Notes: generated by a model from the letters alone, not told the origin. 32,316 nucleotides of DNA from a bacterium (GCA_029940125.1 JAOZRP010000001.1:1-32316), one strand, 5' to 3'. Positions 7,985 to 17,089 are shown, counted from the stretch's first letter. Program-made: numbers and translations.

Positions 7985-9712
7985 TCACTCATGTTTACGC
8001 ACAAAAATATTTTCCATGATGAGATATTCCAGATCGGAACCGAAAAACATGTTCAAGGCATCGGTGGGAGAACAGACCATTGGTTCGCCGCGGCGGTTGA
8101 GAGAGGTATTAAGCACCACGGGGATGCCGCGCAGCTTTTCCAGCTCCTCAATCAAACGGTAGTATCTGGGATTGGTATCCCGGCTGACCACCTGGGCCCG
8201 GGCGGTGCCGTCTTCATGGACCACCTCGGGAACTCTATCCTTCCACGCTTCCGACACCCGGAAAGCAAACGTCATGAAGGGCGCCGGATGGTCGGTCTGC
8301 AGGATGTCAGCCGCCGCCCGGTCGAGGATGCTGGGGCAAAAGGGCCGCCAGCGCTCCCGGTATTTTATCTGGGCGTTGATCCGTTCAGCAATGCCTGGAT
8401 GGCTGGGGTCGCCAAGGATGCTCCGGTTCCCCAGCGCCCGGGGGCCAAATTCCATCCGTCCCTGGAACCAGGCAACCGGATTTCCTTCAGCCAGAAGCCG
8501 GGCCGCGGTTTCGGCCGGATCGTCAAGCACCTCCCAGAGCGGCCGCCGTTTGTGCTGCCGACAGGCCTCGATACATTCCTCGTCGCTATAGGCCGGCCCC
8601 AGGTAGACATGCCGCAGTGGCCGCACTTTTTCGCCCAGGGCAACAGCCGCGTAGGAAGCAGCACCCACCGCCGTCCCGGCATCGCTGGCCGCCGGCTGGA
8701 CAAAAAGCTCCTTAACGCCGTCGAGTTCGATAATTTTCTGGTTCAGTTTGACATTCAGCGCCACCCCACCGGCATAGCAGATGCGGCCGGTCTCCCGGAT
8801 GACGTCTCCCAGGTAGTGATTGATCAACTTCAAGGCCACATCTTCCAGCAGCTTCTGGGTGGCAGCGGCATAATCGATGTACGGGTCGTCAATGTCATCG
8901 CCCTGCCGTTTGGGTCCCAGCCAGCGCACCAGCTCCGGGCTGAAATAATACCCCCGGCCGCCCTCTTTGTAGCGGCGGGGTCCGATCACGTTCACCAGCC
9001 GGGTATTGACGTGAAAATCCCGCTCATTATAGCTGATCAACCGGGAAAAGTCATAGCGCTCCGGATCACCGTAGGGAGCCATCCCCATCACCTTGAACTC
9101 GCCATCCAGCATTTCGAAACCGAGATACTCCGTCAAAGCTCCGTAAAAACCACCCAGGGAATCAGGGTCATAAAATTCCTTCACCTTATAGATCTTCCCC
9201 TTTTCCGCGTAGCCGAAAAAGGTCGTGGCATATTCTCCCTTGCCGTCGATGCTGACCACCGCGCATTTATCCTCGAAGCCGCTCAGGTGATAAGCACTGC
9301 TGACATGAGCCAGGTGATGTTCAACCGGAAAGAAGCGCACCCGGTCAAAACCAATCTGCAGGTCATCCAGAAGCTGCCGTACCCGGCGGACATTCCGCCG
9401 GTAGCGGCGATTGCCGTTAACAAGCGCCGTCAAGGCCCGGTCCGGGGCATACCAGTAGCGCCGGGCGTAATGCCAGCGGGCCGGGCTGCCCAAACCGATT
9501 TTAGCATAGGGAAAGGCAACCGCGTCAACGTCTCCCGGCCCGATGCCGGCAACATCCAGACAATACCTGGTGGCCTCATAAGCCATTTTATCCCTGGCAT
9601 GCTTGTCGCGAATAAAACGTTCCTCCTCGGCGGCGGCCACCAGTTCCCCGTCGACAAACAACGCCGCCGACGGATCATGGCTGACGGCACCGGACAAACC
9701 CAGGATAATCAT
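7985..9712 (-). CDS. NodU/CmcH-family carbamoyltransferase
   Basis: 575 aa. N-terminal ILGLSGAVSHDPSAALFVDGELVAAAEEERFIR (ASKHA-like Carbam_trans_N) and C-terminal VLNTSLNRRGEPMVCSP (Carbam_trans_C). ATGA overlap with the upstream kinase gene. Confidence 0.9.
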   Translation of the reverse strand: MIILGLSGAVSHDPSAALFVDGELVAAAEEERFIRDKHARDKMAYEATRYCLDVAGIGPGDVDAVAFPYAKIGLGSPARWHYARRYWYAPDRALTALVNGNRRYRRNVRRVRQLLDDLQIGFDRVRFFPVEHHLAHVSSAYHLSGFEDKCAVVSIDGKGEYATTFFGYAEKGKIYKVKEFYDPDSLGGFYGALTEYLGFEMLDGEFKVMGMAPYGDPERYDFSRLISYNERDFHVNTRLVNVIGPRRYKEGGRGYYFSPELVRWLGPKRQGDDIDDPYIDYAAATQKLLEDVALKLINHYLGDVIRETGRICYAGGVALNVKLNQKIIELDGVKELFVQPAASDAGTAVGAASYAAVALGEKVRPLRHVYLGPAYSDEECIEACRQHKRRPLWEVLDDPAETAARLLAEGNPVAWFQGRMEFGPRALGNRSILGDPSHPGIAERINAQIKYRERWRPFCPSILDRAAADILQTDHPAPFMTFAFRVSEAWKDRVPEVVHEDGTARAQVVSRDTNPRYYRLIEELEKLRGIPVVLNTSLNRRGEPMVCSPTDALNMFFGSDLEYLIMENIFVRKHE

Positions 9713-11154
9713 GATAGAATCCTCTTCTGTTCCAACCGCTGCTGAAAAAAGCGGCTCAGTTCCCGGTCCCCTTCCCAGTTCTGCAAAAAGCGCCGGACAT
9801 CACGGGCTCCGGCCCGATGAAAACTGCCGGCGGCAGCATATTTTTGCATGGCATCCAGGTCCACCAGCACCGGCCCCCGGGCGGCAATGATAATATTGCT
9901 GGCCTTTAAATCTCCGTGGCTGATCTGCAGCCCATGCAGCCGGGCCAGCAAGGCCGCCACCTGCTCAGCCACCTGCTCTTTTTTCTCCCGGGAAAAGCGG
10001 TCGTCCCGCAAAAAATCCACACAAGGCACTCCTTCAACGTATTCAGTAATAAAATAGGAAATCCGGGGAGCCGTGCCCCGGTGGCTTTCAACCATGGCCA
10101 CCGGCGGCGCCGTTTCTATCCCATAGAACCTGAGCAGGTGGGCGTTTTCCCAGGATTTTGAGGCCCTGGTCCTGGACACCGCCCGTTTCAGGCCATGATA
10201 TACATTTTTAATATTATACCGTTTAACCACCAGATCAAGACCGCCGACTTCCAGCCTCGCTACCGTACTCGAATTCCCGTCTTTCAGCAATTCAACCTTT
10301 TCGCCTTCAAGACAGCGATCAGGATCGGCCAGAAAAGCAGCCATGGATTCACTGAAGTAATTTCGGCCGCAGAGAATCGTCCGGCTGTCGGTTTGACGGC
10401 GGACAACGGCTGAACATTCGCGAAAAATTTTCCGCAGCTGCCGGCGCCGTCGTTTGCGCCGCTGCACTTTAATCCGGGTTTGCAGATTCCGCAGGAGATT
10501 ATTGTCATAAGTCAGATTTCTTGACCGGCAGTACAATTGTAGGCCGGCATCGGCAAACCGGTCATACTCGGGAAAAAACTGGGCAAAAAGGAAACCCAGG
10601 TTGTCAAGGGACTGCGACAGGCTCACACCATGCCGCGGCATCACGACGTCGGAACCGTCCAGGGTAAAAACCTGTTTATCCCTGACCAGGAAATTCCCCA
10701 GGTGAATATCCCGCTGAACCAGGCCGGCTTGGTGGTGCAAAGCCAAAGTCTCTGCCAGCAGAGAAACGAGTTCCCCTTTTTCTCGGTCCGAGGCGGCCAG
10801 CTGCCACTTTTCGAGTGCCGTCTGCGCCCCGGTGATAAAAGGCAGGATAATTACCAGTCCGGTACCATCAGCTAAAGGCCCGGAATGGAGGATTTCCGGA
10901 GTCAGTATCCCCTTCTGCAACAAGATGACAATGCCCCGTTTTTCCCGCCGCCAGTATTTCAGGGCTTTGAGGGGGGGGGAGAAAACCTTGGCCACCACCG
11001 GCTGACTTCCCCATTGGGCCCGGTAAACCTGCCGCTTGCCGGGCAGGTTCCGCAGCAATTGTAAACAGCGCACCTCCAGGTCAGCGTGGAACCCCGGCGG
11101 CAGAAAAAATGAAAAAGGAGTGAAAGGAACGTCAGTCAAAACAGCATTGCCCAC
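9709..11154 (-). CDS. Fused tandem lipopolysaccharide-kinase (Kdo/WaaP/InaA family) protein with two kinase-like domains
   Basis: 481 aa, about twice the usual family size. The N-terminal half has VVAKVF, QRDIHLGNFLV and TLDGSD. The C-terminal half has VVKRYN, SHGDLKASNIII and LVDLDAM. The halves are joined by a polybasic linker, QRRKRRRRQLRK. GTG start at 11154 with no clear Shine-Dalgarno; there is no in-frame ATG for about 170 codons. Confidence 0.75.
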   Translation of the reverse strand: MGNAVLTDVPFTPFSFFLPPGFHADLEVRCLQLLRNLPGKRQVYRAQWGSQPVVAKVFSPPLKALKYWRREKRGIVILLQKGILTPEILHSGPLADGTGLVIILPFITGAQTALEKWQLAASDREKGELVSLLAETLALHHQAGLVQRDIHLGNFLVRDKQVFTLDGSDVVMPRHGVSLSQSLDNLGFLFAQFFPEYDRFADAGLQLYCRSRNLTYDNNLLRNLQTRIKVQRRKRRRRQLRKIFRECSAVVRRQTDSRTILCGRNYFSESMAAFLADPDRCLEGEKVELLKDGNSSTVARLEVGGLDLVVKRYNIKNVYHGLKRAVSRTRASKSWENAHLLRFYGIETAPPVAMVESHRGTAPRISYFITEYVEGVPCVDFLRDDRFSREKKEQVAEQVAALLARLHGLQISHGDLKASNIIIAARGPVLVDLDAMQKYAAAGSFHRAGARDVRRFLQNWEGDRELSRFFQQRLEQKRILS

Positions 11155-11174
11155 ATGCTAAATCAAAAAGGGTA

Positions 11175-11210
11175 AACGCCATGGCGGCTGTATACAGCCG
11201 CCATGGCGTT
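11175..11210 (-). terminator. Perfect 16-bp hairpin; probable ftsZ/dcw terminator or leader structure of the kinase operon
   Basis: AACGCCATGGCGGCTG (11175-11190), loop TATA, CAGCCGCCATGGCGTT (11195-11210). On the minus strand it is followed by TACCCTTTTTGATTT, so the U-tract is offset by about 5 nt. The hairpin base is 20 nt upstream of the kinase GTG. Confidence 0.6.
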
Positions 11211-11413
11211 ACATTATTGCAGGAAAGAGAAGGTTGGAATTATGCTGTATTACGGCAACAGCTGTCAATAGAAATGTTGTCGATAAAAAATTATATCCGG
11301 AAAATGAAATCAATATACATGGGCGGCAAAACCATGCCGCATCCGCAACTGGCACCGGAGAGCAAACAATCAGGGAAAAACACCCTCCAAAAAATCAAGC
11401 TGTTTCCCGCGGT

Positions 11414-12598
11414 TCAATCCAGTTGCCGGCGCAGAAACGTCGGATAATCATAATCATCAAGCTCAAAATCGGTTTCACCGTCAGGCGCGCCGACTACCTT
11501 TTTTACCGTTCGGACAATTTCCTGGCGATCGGTGTCCCGACTGCTGCCCCGGCTTTGAAAGGCAGGTTGATCCAGGTTGCGGCGCCGGGGGATGGGCGCA
11601 AATTTCGTTCCCGCCAGTCCCGGCCCCCGAACCTGCTGTTTCACCGGCTCAAACCCGGTGGCAATCACCGTTACCCGAACGTCGTCACCCATGGATTCAT
11701 CCAGGACAGCGCCAAAGATGATGTTGGCATCTTCGTGGGCTTCTTCCTGCACCAGCGAGGAAGCTTCATTCACTTCAAAAAGGGTCAGGCTGCTGCCGGC
11801 GGAAATATTAATTAAAATCCCCTTGGCACCCTGGATGCTGATGTCCTCCAGCAGCGGTGAAGCGATGGCCCGGTGCGCCGCTTCAATGGCCCGGTTTTCC
11901 CCGCTGGCGATCCCCGTCCCCATCAGGGCCAGGCCGGTATTGGTCATCACCGTCTTGACATCCTGGAAATCCAGGTTGATCAGGCCGTGGACGTTGATCA
12001 GGTCGGAAATGCTGCGGACCGCCTGAACCAGCACCTCGTCAGCTTTCTGGAAGGCTTCCACCATGGAGGTGTTCTTCCCGACAATATTCAGCAGGCGCTG
12101 GTTGGGAATGGTAATCAGGGCGTCCACGTTTTCCCGCAGCTCTTCCAGGCCTTCCTCGGCATGGCGCATCCGTTTGCGCCCCTCAAAAATAAAAGGCTTG
12201 GTAACCACGGCCACCGCCAGGGCCCCGAACTCCTTGGCCAGCTTTGCCACCACCGGAGCGCCGCCGGTCCCGGTGCCGCCGCCCATGCCGGCGGTAATAA
12301 ACACCATGTCCGCCCCGTTCAGCAGCTCGGAAATTTTTTCCGTATCTTCAATGGTGGCGTTGCGGCCGATATCCGGATTGGCGCCGGCGCCCAACCCACG
12401 GGTCAAGCGTGAACCAAGCTGCAGCTTAATCGGCGACGGCGACGCCTCCAAAGCCTGGGCATCGGTATTGGCAACAATAAAATCAACCCCCTGAACCTGG
12501 GCATTGATCATGCTGTTGACCGCGTTGCTGCCCCCTCCGCCAACGCCGATAACCTTGATATTGGCCTGCAACCTTGACCGTTCATCAAATTCAAACAT
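11414..12598 (-). CDS. ftsZ: Cell division GTPase FtsZ
   Basis: 394 aa with [10 protein letters not shown] and the tubulin signature [14 protein letters not shown]-terminal peptide [11 protein letters not shown]. Strong Shine-Dalgarno GGGAGGGAG. Confidence 0.97.
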   Translation of the reverse strand: MFEFDERSRLQANIKVIGVGGGGSNAVNSMINAQVQGVDFIVANTDAQALEASPSPIKLQLGSRLTRGLGAGANPDIGRNATIEDTEKISELLNGADMVFITAGMGGGTGTGGAPVVAKLAKEFGALAVAVVTKPFIFEGRKRMRHAEEGLEELRENVDALITIPNQRLLNIVGKNTSMVEAFQKADEVLVQAVRSISDLINVHGLINLDFQDVKTVMTNTGLALMGTGIASGENRAIEAAHRAIASPLLEDISIQGAKGILINISAGSSLTLFEVNEASSLVQEEAHEDANIIFGAVLDESMGDDVRVTVIATGFEPVKQQVRGPGLAGTKFAPIPRRRNLDQPAFQSRGSSRDTDRQEIVRTVKKVVGAPDGETDFELDDYDYPTFLRRQLD

Positions 12599-12624
12599 AA
12601 TTTTCTCCCTCCCTGCTTGATGCT

Positions 12625-13854
12625 TTAAAAAAATTCCGCAAACCAGCTTTTCATTCGTGAAAACAATTTGTTAAACAATCTTTTATCCCGGCTGTGCAAC
12701 TTCTTGGTGGAGCCAAACTGCCGGGCCCCGGTGATCAGCAGACCGACCCCGGTGGCATACATGGGGCTTTTGACGATGTCCAGAAGCCCGCCCACATGCT
12801 GGGGAATGCCAGAGCGGGCCTGCATTTCAAAAACGGATTCCGCCAACTCCTCAACCCCGGGCATCAGGGTCGACCCCCCGGTCAGCACCACCCCGGACAC
12901 CACCTGGTCGTAAAAACCGGACTTGTAAATCTCCCTTTTCACCAGTTCCAGGATTTCTTCCATCCGCGGCTCAATAATCTCGCCCAAAACCTGCCGCGAC
13001 AACACCCGCGGCGGCCGGCCGCCGACGCTGGGAACCTCAATAGTATCGTTCTGGCCAATGAGGGAAATCATGGCACAGCCATACTGCTTCTTGATTTTTT
13101 CGGCCGCCGTCACCGGCGTTCTCAGGCCGATGGCGATGTCGCTGGTCAGCTGATTTCCACCCAGAGGCAGCGACGCCGTGTAGCAGATGCTGCCGTTGGT
13201 AAAAACAGCGATGTCCGTGGTTCCGCCGCCGACGTCGATTACCACCACCCCCAGCTCCCGCTCCTCCGGAGTCAGGACCGCGGCGCTGGAGGCCAGCTGC
13301 TGCAGGGCAATGTCTTCCACTTCCAGGCCGGCGCGGTTGCAGGAACGAACAATATTCTGGGCCGAGGCAACCGCGGCCGTGACAATGTGAACTTTTACCT
13401 CCAATCGGACTCCGGACATGCCCACCGGGTCCCTGATGCCGTCCTGGTCGTCAATAATGAATTCCTGGGCCATGGTATGGATCACTTCACGATCAAGGGG
13501 AATGGCCACCGCCTTGGCCGCTTCCAGGACCTTTTCCACATCCTTGGCCGAAACCTCACGGTCCTTGACCCCGATAATGCCGTGACTGTTAAAGCCCTTG
13601 ATGTGGGCGCCGGCAATCCCGGTAATCACCGCTTTAATGTCGGTTCCCGACATCAATTCAGCTTCATGAACCGCCTTTTTGATGGAATCCACCGTGCTGT
13701 CAATATTGACCACCACCCCTTTGCGCAAGCCCTCAGAGGGATGGGTGCCGATGCCGATGATCTCAATTCCTTCCGCTTCTACCTTGCCGACAATGGCGCA
13801 GATCTTCGTGGTCCCAACATCCAAGCCAACGATAACCTGATCATTTTTAGCCAT
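12625..13854 (-). CDS. ftsA: Cell division protein FtsA (actin-like ATPase)
   Basis: [15 protein letters not shown] phosphate-1 motif and [14 protein letters not shown]. The ORF track extends to 13929, but the ATG at 13854 ([14 protein letters not shown]) has a GGGGGAAG Shine-Dalgarno and follows the ftsQ stop. Confidence 0.93.
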   Translation of the reverse strand: MAKNDQVIVGLDVGTTKICAIVGKVEAEGIEIIGIGTHPSEGLRKGVVVNIDSTVDSIKKAVHEAELMSGTDIKAVITGIAGAHIKGFNSHGIIGVKDREVSAKDVEKVLEAAKAVAIPLDREVIHTMAQEFIIDDQDGIRDPVGMSGVRLEVKVHIVTAAVASAQNIVRSCNRAGLEVEDIALQQLASSAAVLTPEERELGVVVIDVGGGTTDIAVFTNGSICYTASLPLGGNQLTSDIAIGLRTPVTAAEKIKKQYGCAMISLIGQNDTIEVPSVGGRPPRVLSRQVLGEIIEPRMEEILELVKREIYKSGFYDQVVSGVVLTGGSTLMPGVEELAESVFEMQARSGIPQHVGGLLDIVKSPMYATGVGLLITGARQFGSTKKLHSRDKRLFNKLFSRMKSWFAEFF

Positions 13855-13877
13855 ATCTTCCCCCGCGCATCCACCGG

Positions 13878-14738
13878 TTAATGGCCGGCCGCTCCATACC
13901 TGACCACCACCGAATCCCCGGTACTGCAATCAAAACCGGTCACCTGCTCCACTTCCCGGCCCAGATAATCAAGCACTTTCTGCCAGTGTTTCAGTTTTAA
14001 TCGAAACCGGTCCAATCCCAGGCGCAGCTGCCAGACGTGGCGGCGGGTGAAAACCGTCAGGCCAAAAGCATTATCCAGGTGAATTTCCGCTATGCCTTCC
14101 TGCCGAAACCGGTCATGTTCCTGCCAGCAGGACAACAGCTTCAAGCCAAGATCAAGCAGCATCCGTCCCTGTTCCGGGTCCTTTTTAAGCTGTGCCACCG
14201 ACAAACCGGTGAAAACCGGCAAGTCGACGTCTTCTCCGGGATCAATGGCCTTGAAAATCTGCCCGTCCGCGTCAACATAATAGAGCTGTTCCAGGTTAAC
14301 GATGGCAACCGGCACCCTTTCGGTCACTGAAACCAGCAGCCGGTCGGGCCACTGCCGGCTGAGCTGGGCAGTTTTTACATAGGGCAGCTTTTCCACTGCT
14401 GCCTGCTTCGCCGCCAGGTCAACGTCAAACAGCAACATTCCCGGTTCCAGATCCAACTGCTGCACGATTCCTTCCTTGGCCGTATGGTAGTTTCCCTGCA
14501 CGACAACCTCCTTTACCGTCCCAATGCCTCGTTGAATGAATAACTGCCTGAAGTAGCTGACCACCGGCGGCATCTGGGTCCAGATCAATACGGCGCCCAG
14601 TATAATCAACACAACCACGCCGGTTCGGATCAGCAGCGTCCCAAATGCTTTTTTCTTTTTTTTCTTGCGCCCCCGTTTCAGCTCCCGGCTTATATTGCTC
14701 AGTTTATTTTGATTATTTTTACGGCGAACAGCCACCAT
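13878..14738 (-). CDS. ftsQ: Cell division protein FtsQ (POTRA domain)
   Basis: 286 aa. Basic cytoplasmic tail (KRGRKKKKKK), a single TM helix, then a POTRA-like VVVQGNYHTAKEGIVQQL segment. Canonical position between ddl and ftsA. Confidence 0.85.
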   Translation of the reverse strand: MVAVRRKNNQNKLSNISRELKRGRKKKKKKAFGTLLIRTGVVVLIILGAVLIWTQMPPVVSYFRQLFIQRGIGTVKEVVVQGNYHTAKEGIVQQLDLEPGMLLFDVDLAAKQAAVEKLPYVKTAQLSRQWPDRLLVSVTERVPVAIVNLEQLYYVDADGQIFKAIDPGEDVDLPVFTGLSVAQLKKDPEQGRMLLDLGLKLLSCWQEHDRFRQEGIAEIHLDNAFGLTVFTRRHVWQLRLGLDRFRLKLKHWQKVLDYLGREVEQVTGFDCSTGDSVVVRYGAAGH

Positions 14739-14758
14739 GCACCAACATTATTCACTAT

Positions 14759-15697
14759 TCACTGAATTTTCAGAGACGCCCCGCCAAGAATAGTGGTAAT
14801 CAAGGCATCAAAATCAATGCCGGCTGACCGGGCCGCTTTCGGCAGCAGGCTGGTTGCCGTCATTCCCGGAATGGTATTGATTTCAATCACCAGCGGCCGG
14901 TCATCCTCATCAAGGCGAAAATCCACCCGGACCGCACCGGACAGGCAGTCAACCACCCGGCAGCTCTGTACCGCCAGATCCTGGATCATCCTGGTTACCG
15001 GTTCAGAAAGCGGAGCCGGCACCAGGTAGTTGGTCGCCCCAGGCGTGTACTTGGCCTGAAAATCGTAAAAACCGGAGAGCGGCTGAATTTCAATCAACGG
15101 CAATGGCTCTCCCTCCAGCACCGCCGCGGTTATTTCCCGTCCGGGGATAAACTGTTCCAGCAGGATCTGCGCGTCATAGGTGAACGCCTTTTCCTGGGCG
15201 GCCTGCAGTTCGGCCTCGCCATGCACAATGGAAATACCCAAGCTCGACCCCTCGCAAACCGGTTTCACCACCAGGGGATACCCCGGCTGCGGTTCAACAT
15301 CGAAAACCGCCTTGCCAACCGTCGCGGCTATGTACGCCGGGGTAGGAATGGCGGCGCTTTCCAGCAGGCGCTTGGTAGCCAGTTTGTTCATCGCCACGCT
15401 GCTGGCCATCACCCCGGGACCGGTATAGGGAATTTCCAGGAACTCAAGTATCCCCTGGATGGTACCGTCTTCACCATAACGCCCGTGCAAGGCCAGGAAG
15501 GCAACTTCAATCTCTTCTTCCTTCAGCCGCCGGCAGACATCCCGGTCCACGTCAATCTCAACCGCCTGAAAGTGCTGCCGCTTCAGTGACTCGAAAACAG
15601 CCCCGCCGGTTTTGAGGGAAACTTCCCGTTCCGCGGACAGTCCCCCCATCAAGACGCCGATTTTTTTCTCGAGCAGTATTTCCCTGGTAAAGTTCAT
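14759..15697 (-). CDS. ddl: D-alanine--D-alanine ligase
   Basis: 312 aa ATP-grasp protein with IGVLMGGLSAEREVSLKTG, LHGRYGEDGTIQG and EINTIPGMT. Its ATG overlaps the murB stop by 1 nt (TAATG). Confidence 0.95.
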   Translation of the reverse strand: MNFTREILLEKKIGVLMGGLSAEREVSLKTGGAVFESLKRQHFQAVEIDVDRDVCRRLKEEEIEVAFLALHGRYGEDGTIQGILEFLEIPYTGPGVMASSVAMNKLATKRLLESAAIPTPAYIAATVGKAVFDVEPQPGYPLVVKPVCEGSSLGISIVHGEAELQAAQEKAFTYDAQILLEQFIPGREITAAVLEGEPLPLIEIQPLSGFYDFQAKYTPGATNYLVPAPLSEPVTRMIQDLAVQSCRVVDCLSGAVRVDFRLDEDDRPLVIEINTIPGMTATSLLPKAARSAGIDFDALITTILGGASLKIQ

Positions 15698-16680
15698 TAC
15701 AACTCCTTGTCTTCCGTCGTCCAGGCGAGAGGATACTCATCCCCGAGGCGGATAATCTCCTCCTCCAGCTCCAGAGAAAAGGTTTTTCGAACCTGTTCCC
15801 TGACCCGGTCAATCAGGGCAAAGACGTCGGCCGCGGTTGCACCCGGCTCCGTGGTAATAAAATTCGCGTGCTTCATGGATACCACCGCCCCGCCGCAGCG
15901 CCAGCCCCGGCACCCGGCCGCATCAACCAGGCGACCGGCAAAGTCACCGGGAGGATTTTTGAACACAGAGCCGGCCGAGGGCAGGCCATATGGCTGTTTC
16001 TGCCGGCGAAGCCGCCGATATTCCGCCATCTGCTGTTCAATCTTTTCCGGATCACCCGGTTCAAGCCGCAGATCAAGACCGATCACCAGCTGCCCGGCGG
16101 GAACGCCACCGCAGCGGTAGCCGCTGTCCAGCTGCTGCCGCGGCCAGGAATGCACCTCGCCCCGGACATCACAGGTTACGACCCGGTTCAGAGCATCACT
16201 GAGTTCACGGCCGAAAGCCCCGGCGTTCATAACCGCGGCCCCGCCGGCGGAACCGGGAATCCCGGCCAGAAATTCAAGGCCGCTGAAACCATGTCGACGG
16301 CAATAATCCAGCAGGGACGAAAGCCGCGTCCCGCCGTCCACCTGGAGCTGGACCTTGCTGCCGTGAACCACCGGGTCGGCTATTTTACCCATGTATTCCA
16401 CCAAACTGATGACTGCAGAGGTTGAAACTCCGGCATCGGCCACCACCACGTTGGCACCGGCACCCAAAGGCAGCACCGGCACCGTCCATTCGTGCAAACG
16501 GCGAAGCATTCGCCGCAAAGACTCCACGTCCGTCGGCGTCAGGTAGAGGCGGGCTTCGCCCCCAACCCTGATCCAGGTCCGTTCAGCCAGTGGCACCCGC
16601 TCCCGGACCTGGCCGGCAAACTCCCGGCTCAGATCAGCAATGAGCTTTTCGCTGATTGGTGGGCGCCGGCCTAAAGACAT
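15697..16680 (-). CDS. murB: UDP-N-acetylenolpyruvoylglucosamine reductase
   Basis: 327 aa with FAD-binding motifs WIRVGGEARLY, LGAGANVVV and GIPGSAGGAAVMNAGAFG. ATGA overlap with the upstream BON gene stop. Confidence 0.93.
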   Translation of the reverse strand: MSLGRRPPISEKLIADLSREFAGQVRERVPLAERTWIRVGGEARLYLTPTDVESLRRMLRRLHEWTVPVLPLGAGANVVVADAGVSTSAVISLVEYMGKIADPVVHGSKVQLQVDGGTRLSSLLDYCRRHGFSGLEFLAGIPGSAGGAAVMNAGAFGRELSDALNRVVTCDVRGEVHSWPRQQLDSGYRCGGVPAGQLVIGLDLRLEPGDPEKIEQQMAEYRRLRRQKQPYGLPSAGSVFKNPPGDFAGRLVDAAGCRGWRCGGAVVSMKHANFITTEPGATAADVFALIDRVREQVRKTFSLELEEEIIRLGDEYPLAWTTEDKEL

Positions 16681-17015
16681 CAGGGAATTATTTTCAGCAG
16701 ACTGGTAACTTTTTTAACCCCGCGTACCGTCCGCACCGCATCAAGAATCCGCGCCTCCTCGTTTTCGCTGTGGGCCCGGCCGGAGAGAATCACCTCCCCC
16801 TGCATTACGTCAACATCAATGCCCAGGGAGCGCACCCCCGGCATGCTCATCAGCTTGACATTCACCGCCGTGGCAATGGTGCTGTCGTCCAGCACTTCTC
16901 CTGGCGACCGCCCCCCGGGGGTGGCGCAGGACGCCAGCTGCATAACCAGCAGCAGGGCTATAAACATGAGACTTCCACTCATCAACCATGAACTTTTTCT
17001 TCTCATTTTTTTCAT
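16680..17015 (-). CDS. Small BON-domain lipoprotein (OsmY/DolP-like single BON domain)
   Basis: 111 aa. Signal peptide ending in the lipobox LASC (Cys then Ala at +2). BON-like core DDSTIATAVNVKL...GIDVDVMQGEVILSGRAHSENEEARILDAVRTVRGVKKV. Strong Shine-Dalgarno AAAGGAGGG. Confidence 0.8.
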   Translation of the reverse strand: MKKMRRKSSWLMSGSLMFIALLLVMQLASCATPGGRSPGEVLDDSTIATAVNVKLMSMPGVRSLGIDVDVMQGEVILSGRAHSENEEARILDAVRTVRGVKKVTSLLKIIP

Positions 17016-17089
17016 TTTTCCCTCCTTTGCGTGCCGGGGAAAATCATTTTGCTCCGGGCAGCAACACTATGTAATGTATGTTTATCTTC

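Noticed and set aside
7991-9745. Very long plus-strand ORFs antisense to real genes: 7991-9745 (584 aa), 17078-18697 (539 aa), 25591-27192 (533 aa), 12694-13881, 19557-20672, 20724-21911, 23777-24820, 27310-28353, 30290-31231 and 7036-7950.
   Set aside because: Those I checked (7991-9745, 17078-18697, 25591-27192) are codon-aligned with the minus-strand genes, so their coordinate offsets are multiples of 3. In that frame an antisense stop arises only from sense TTA, CTA or TCA codons, which this GC-biased genome avoids. The translations are low-complexity and rich in G, R, P, H and Q, with no motifs, no Shine-Dalgarno sequences and no independent promoters. They are shadow ORFs, not overlapping genes.
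11181-11447. An 88-aa plus-strand ORF in the ftsZ-kinase intergenic region, and 11234-11815 antisense to ftsZ.
   Set aside because: The ATG lies inside the 16-bp hairpin stem. There is no Shine-Dalgarno, the composition is unremarkable, and the ORF runs into the 3' end of ftsZ on the opposite strand. It is best explained as chance.
14649-14666. Homopolymeric T6-C-T8 tract, read as A-runs on the coding strand, encoding the KKKKKK tail of FtsQ. Considered as a slipped-strand phase-variation or ribosome-sliding site.
   Set aside because: It encodes a plausible basic juxtamembrane tail that is common in FtsQ. A frameshift in an essential division gene is an unlikely regulatory design, and nothing else supports phase variation.
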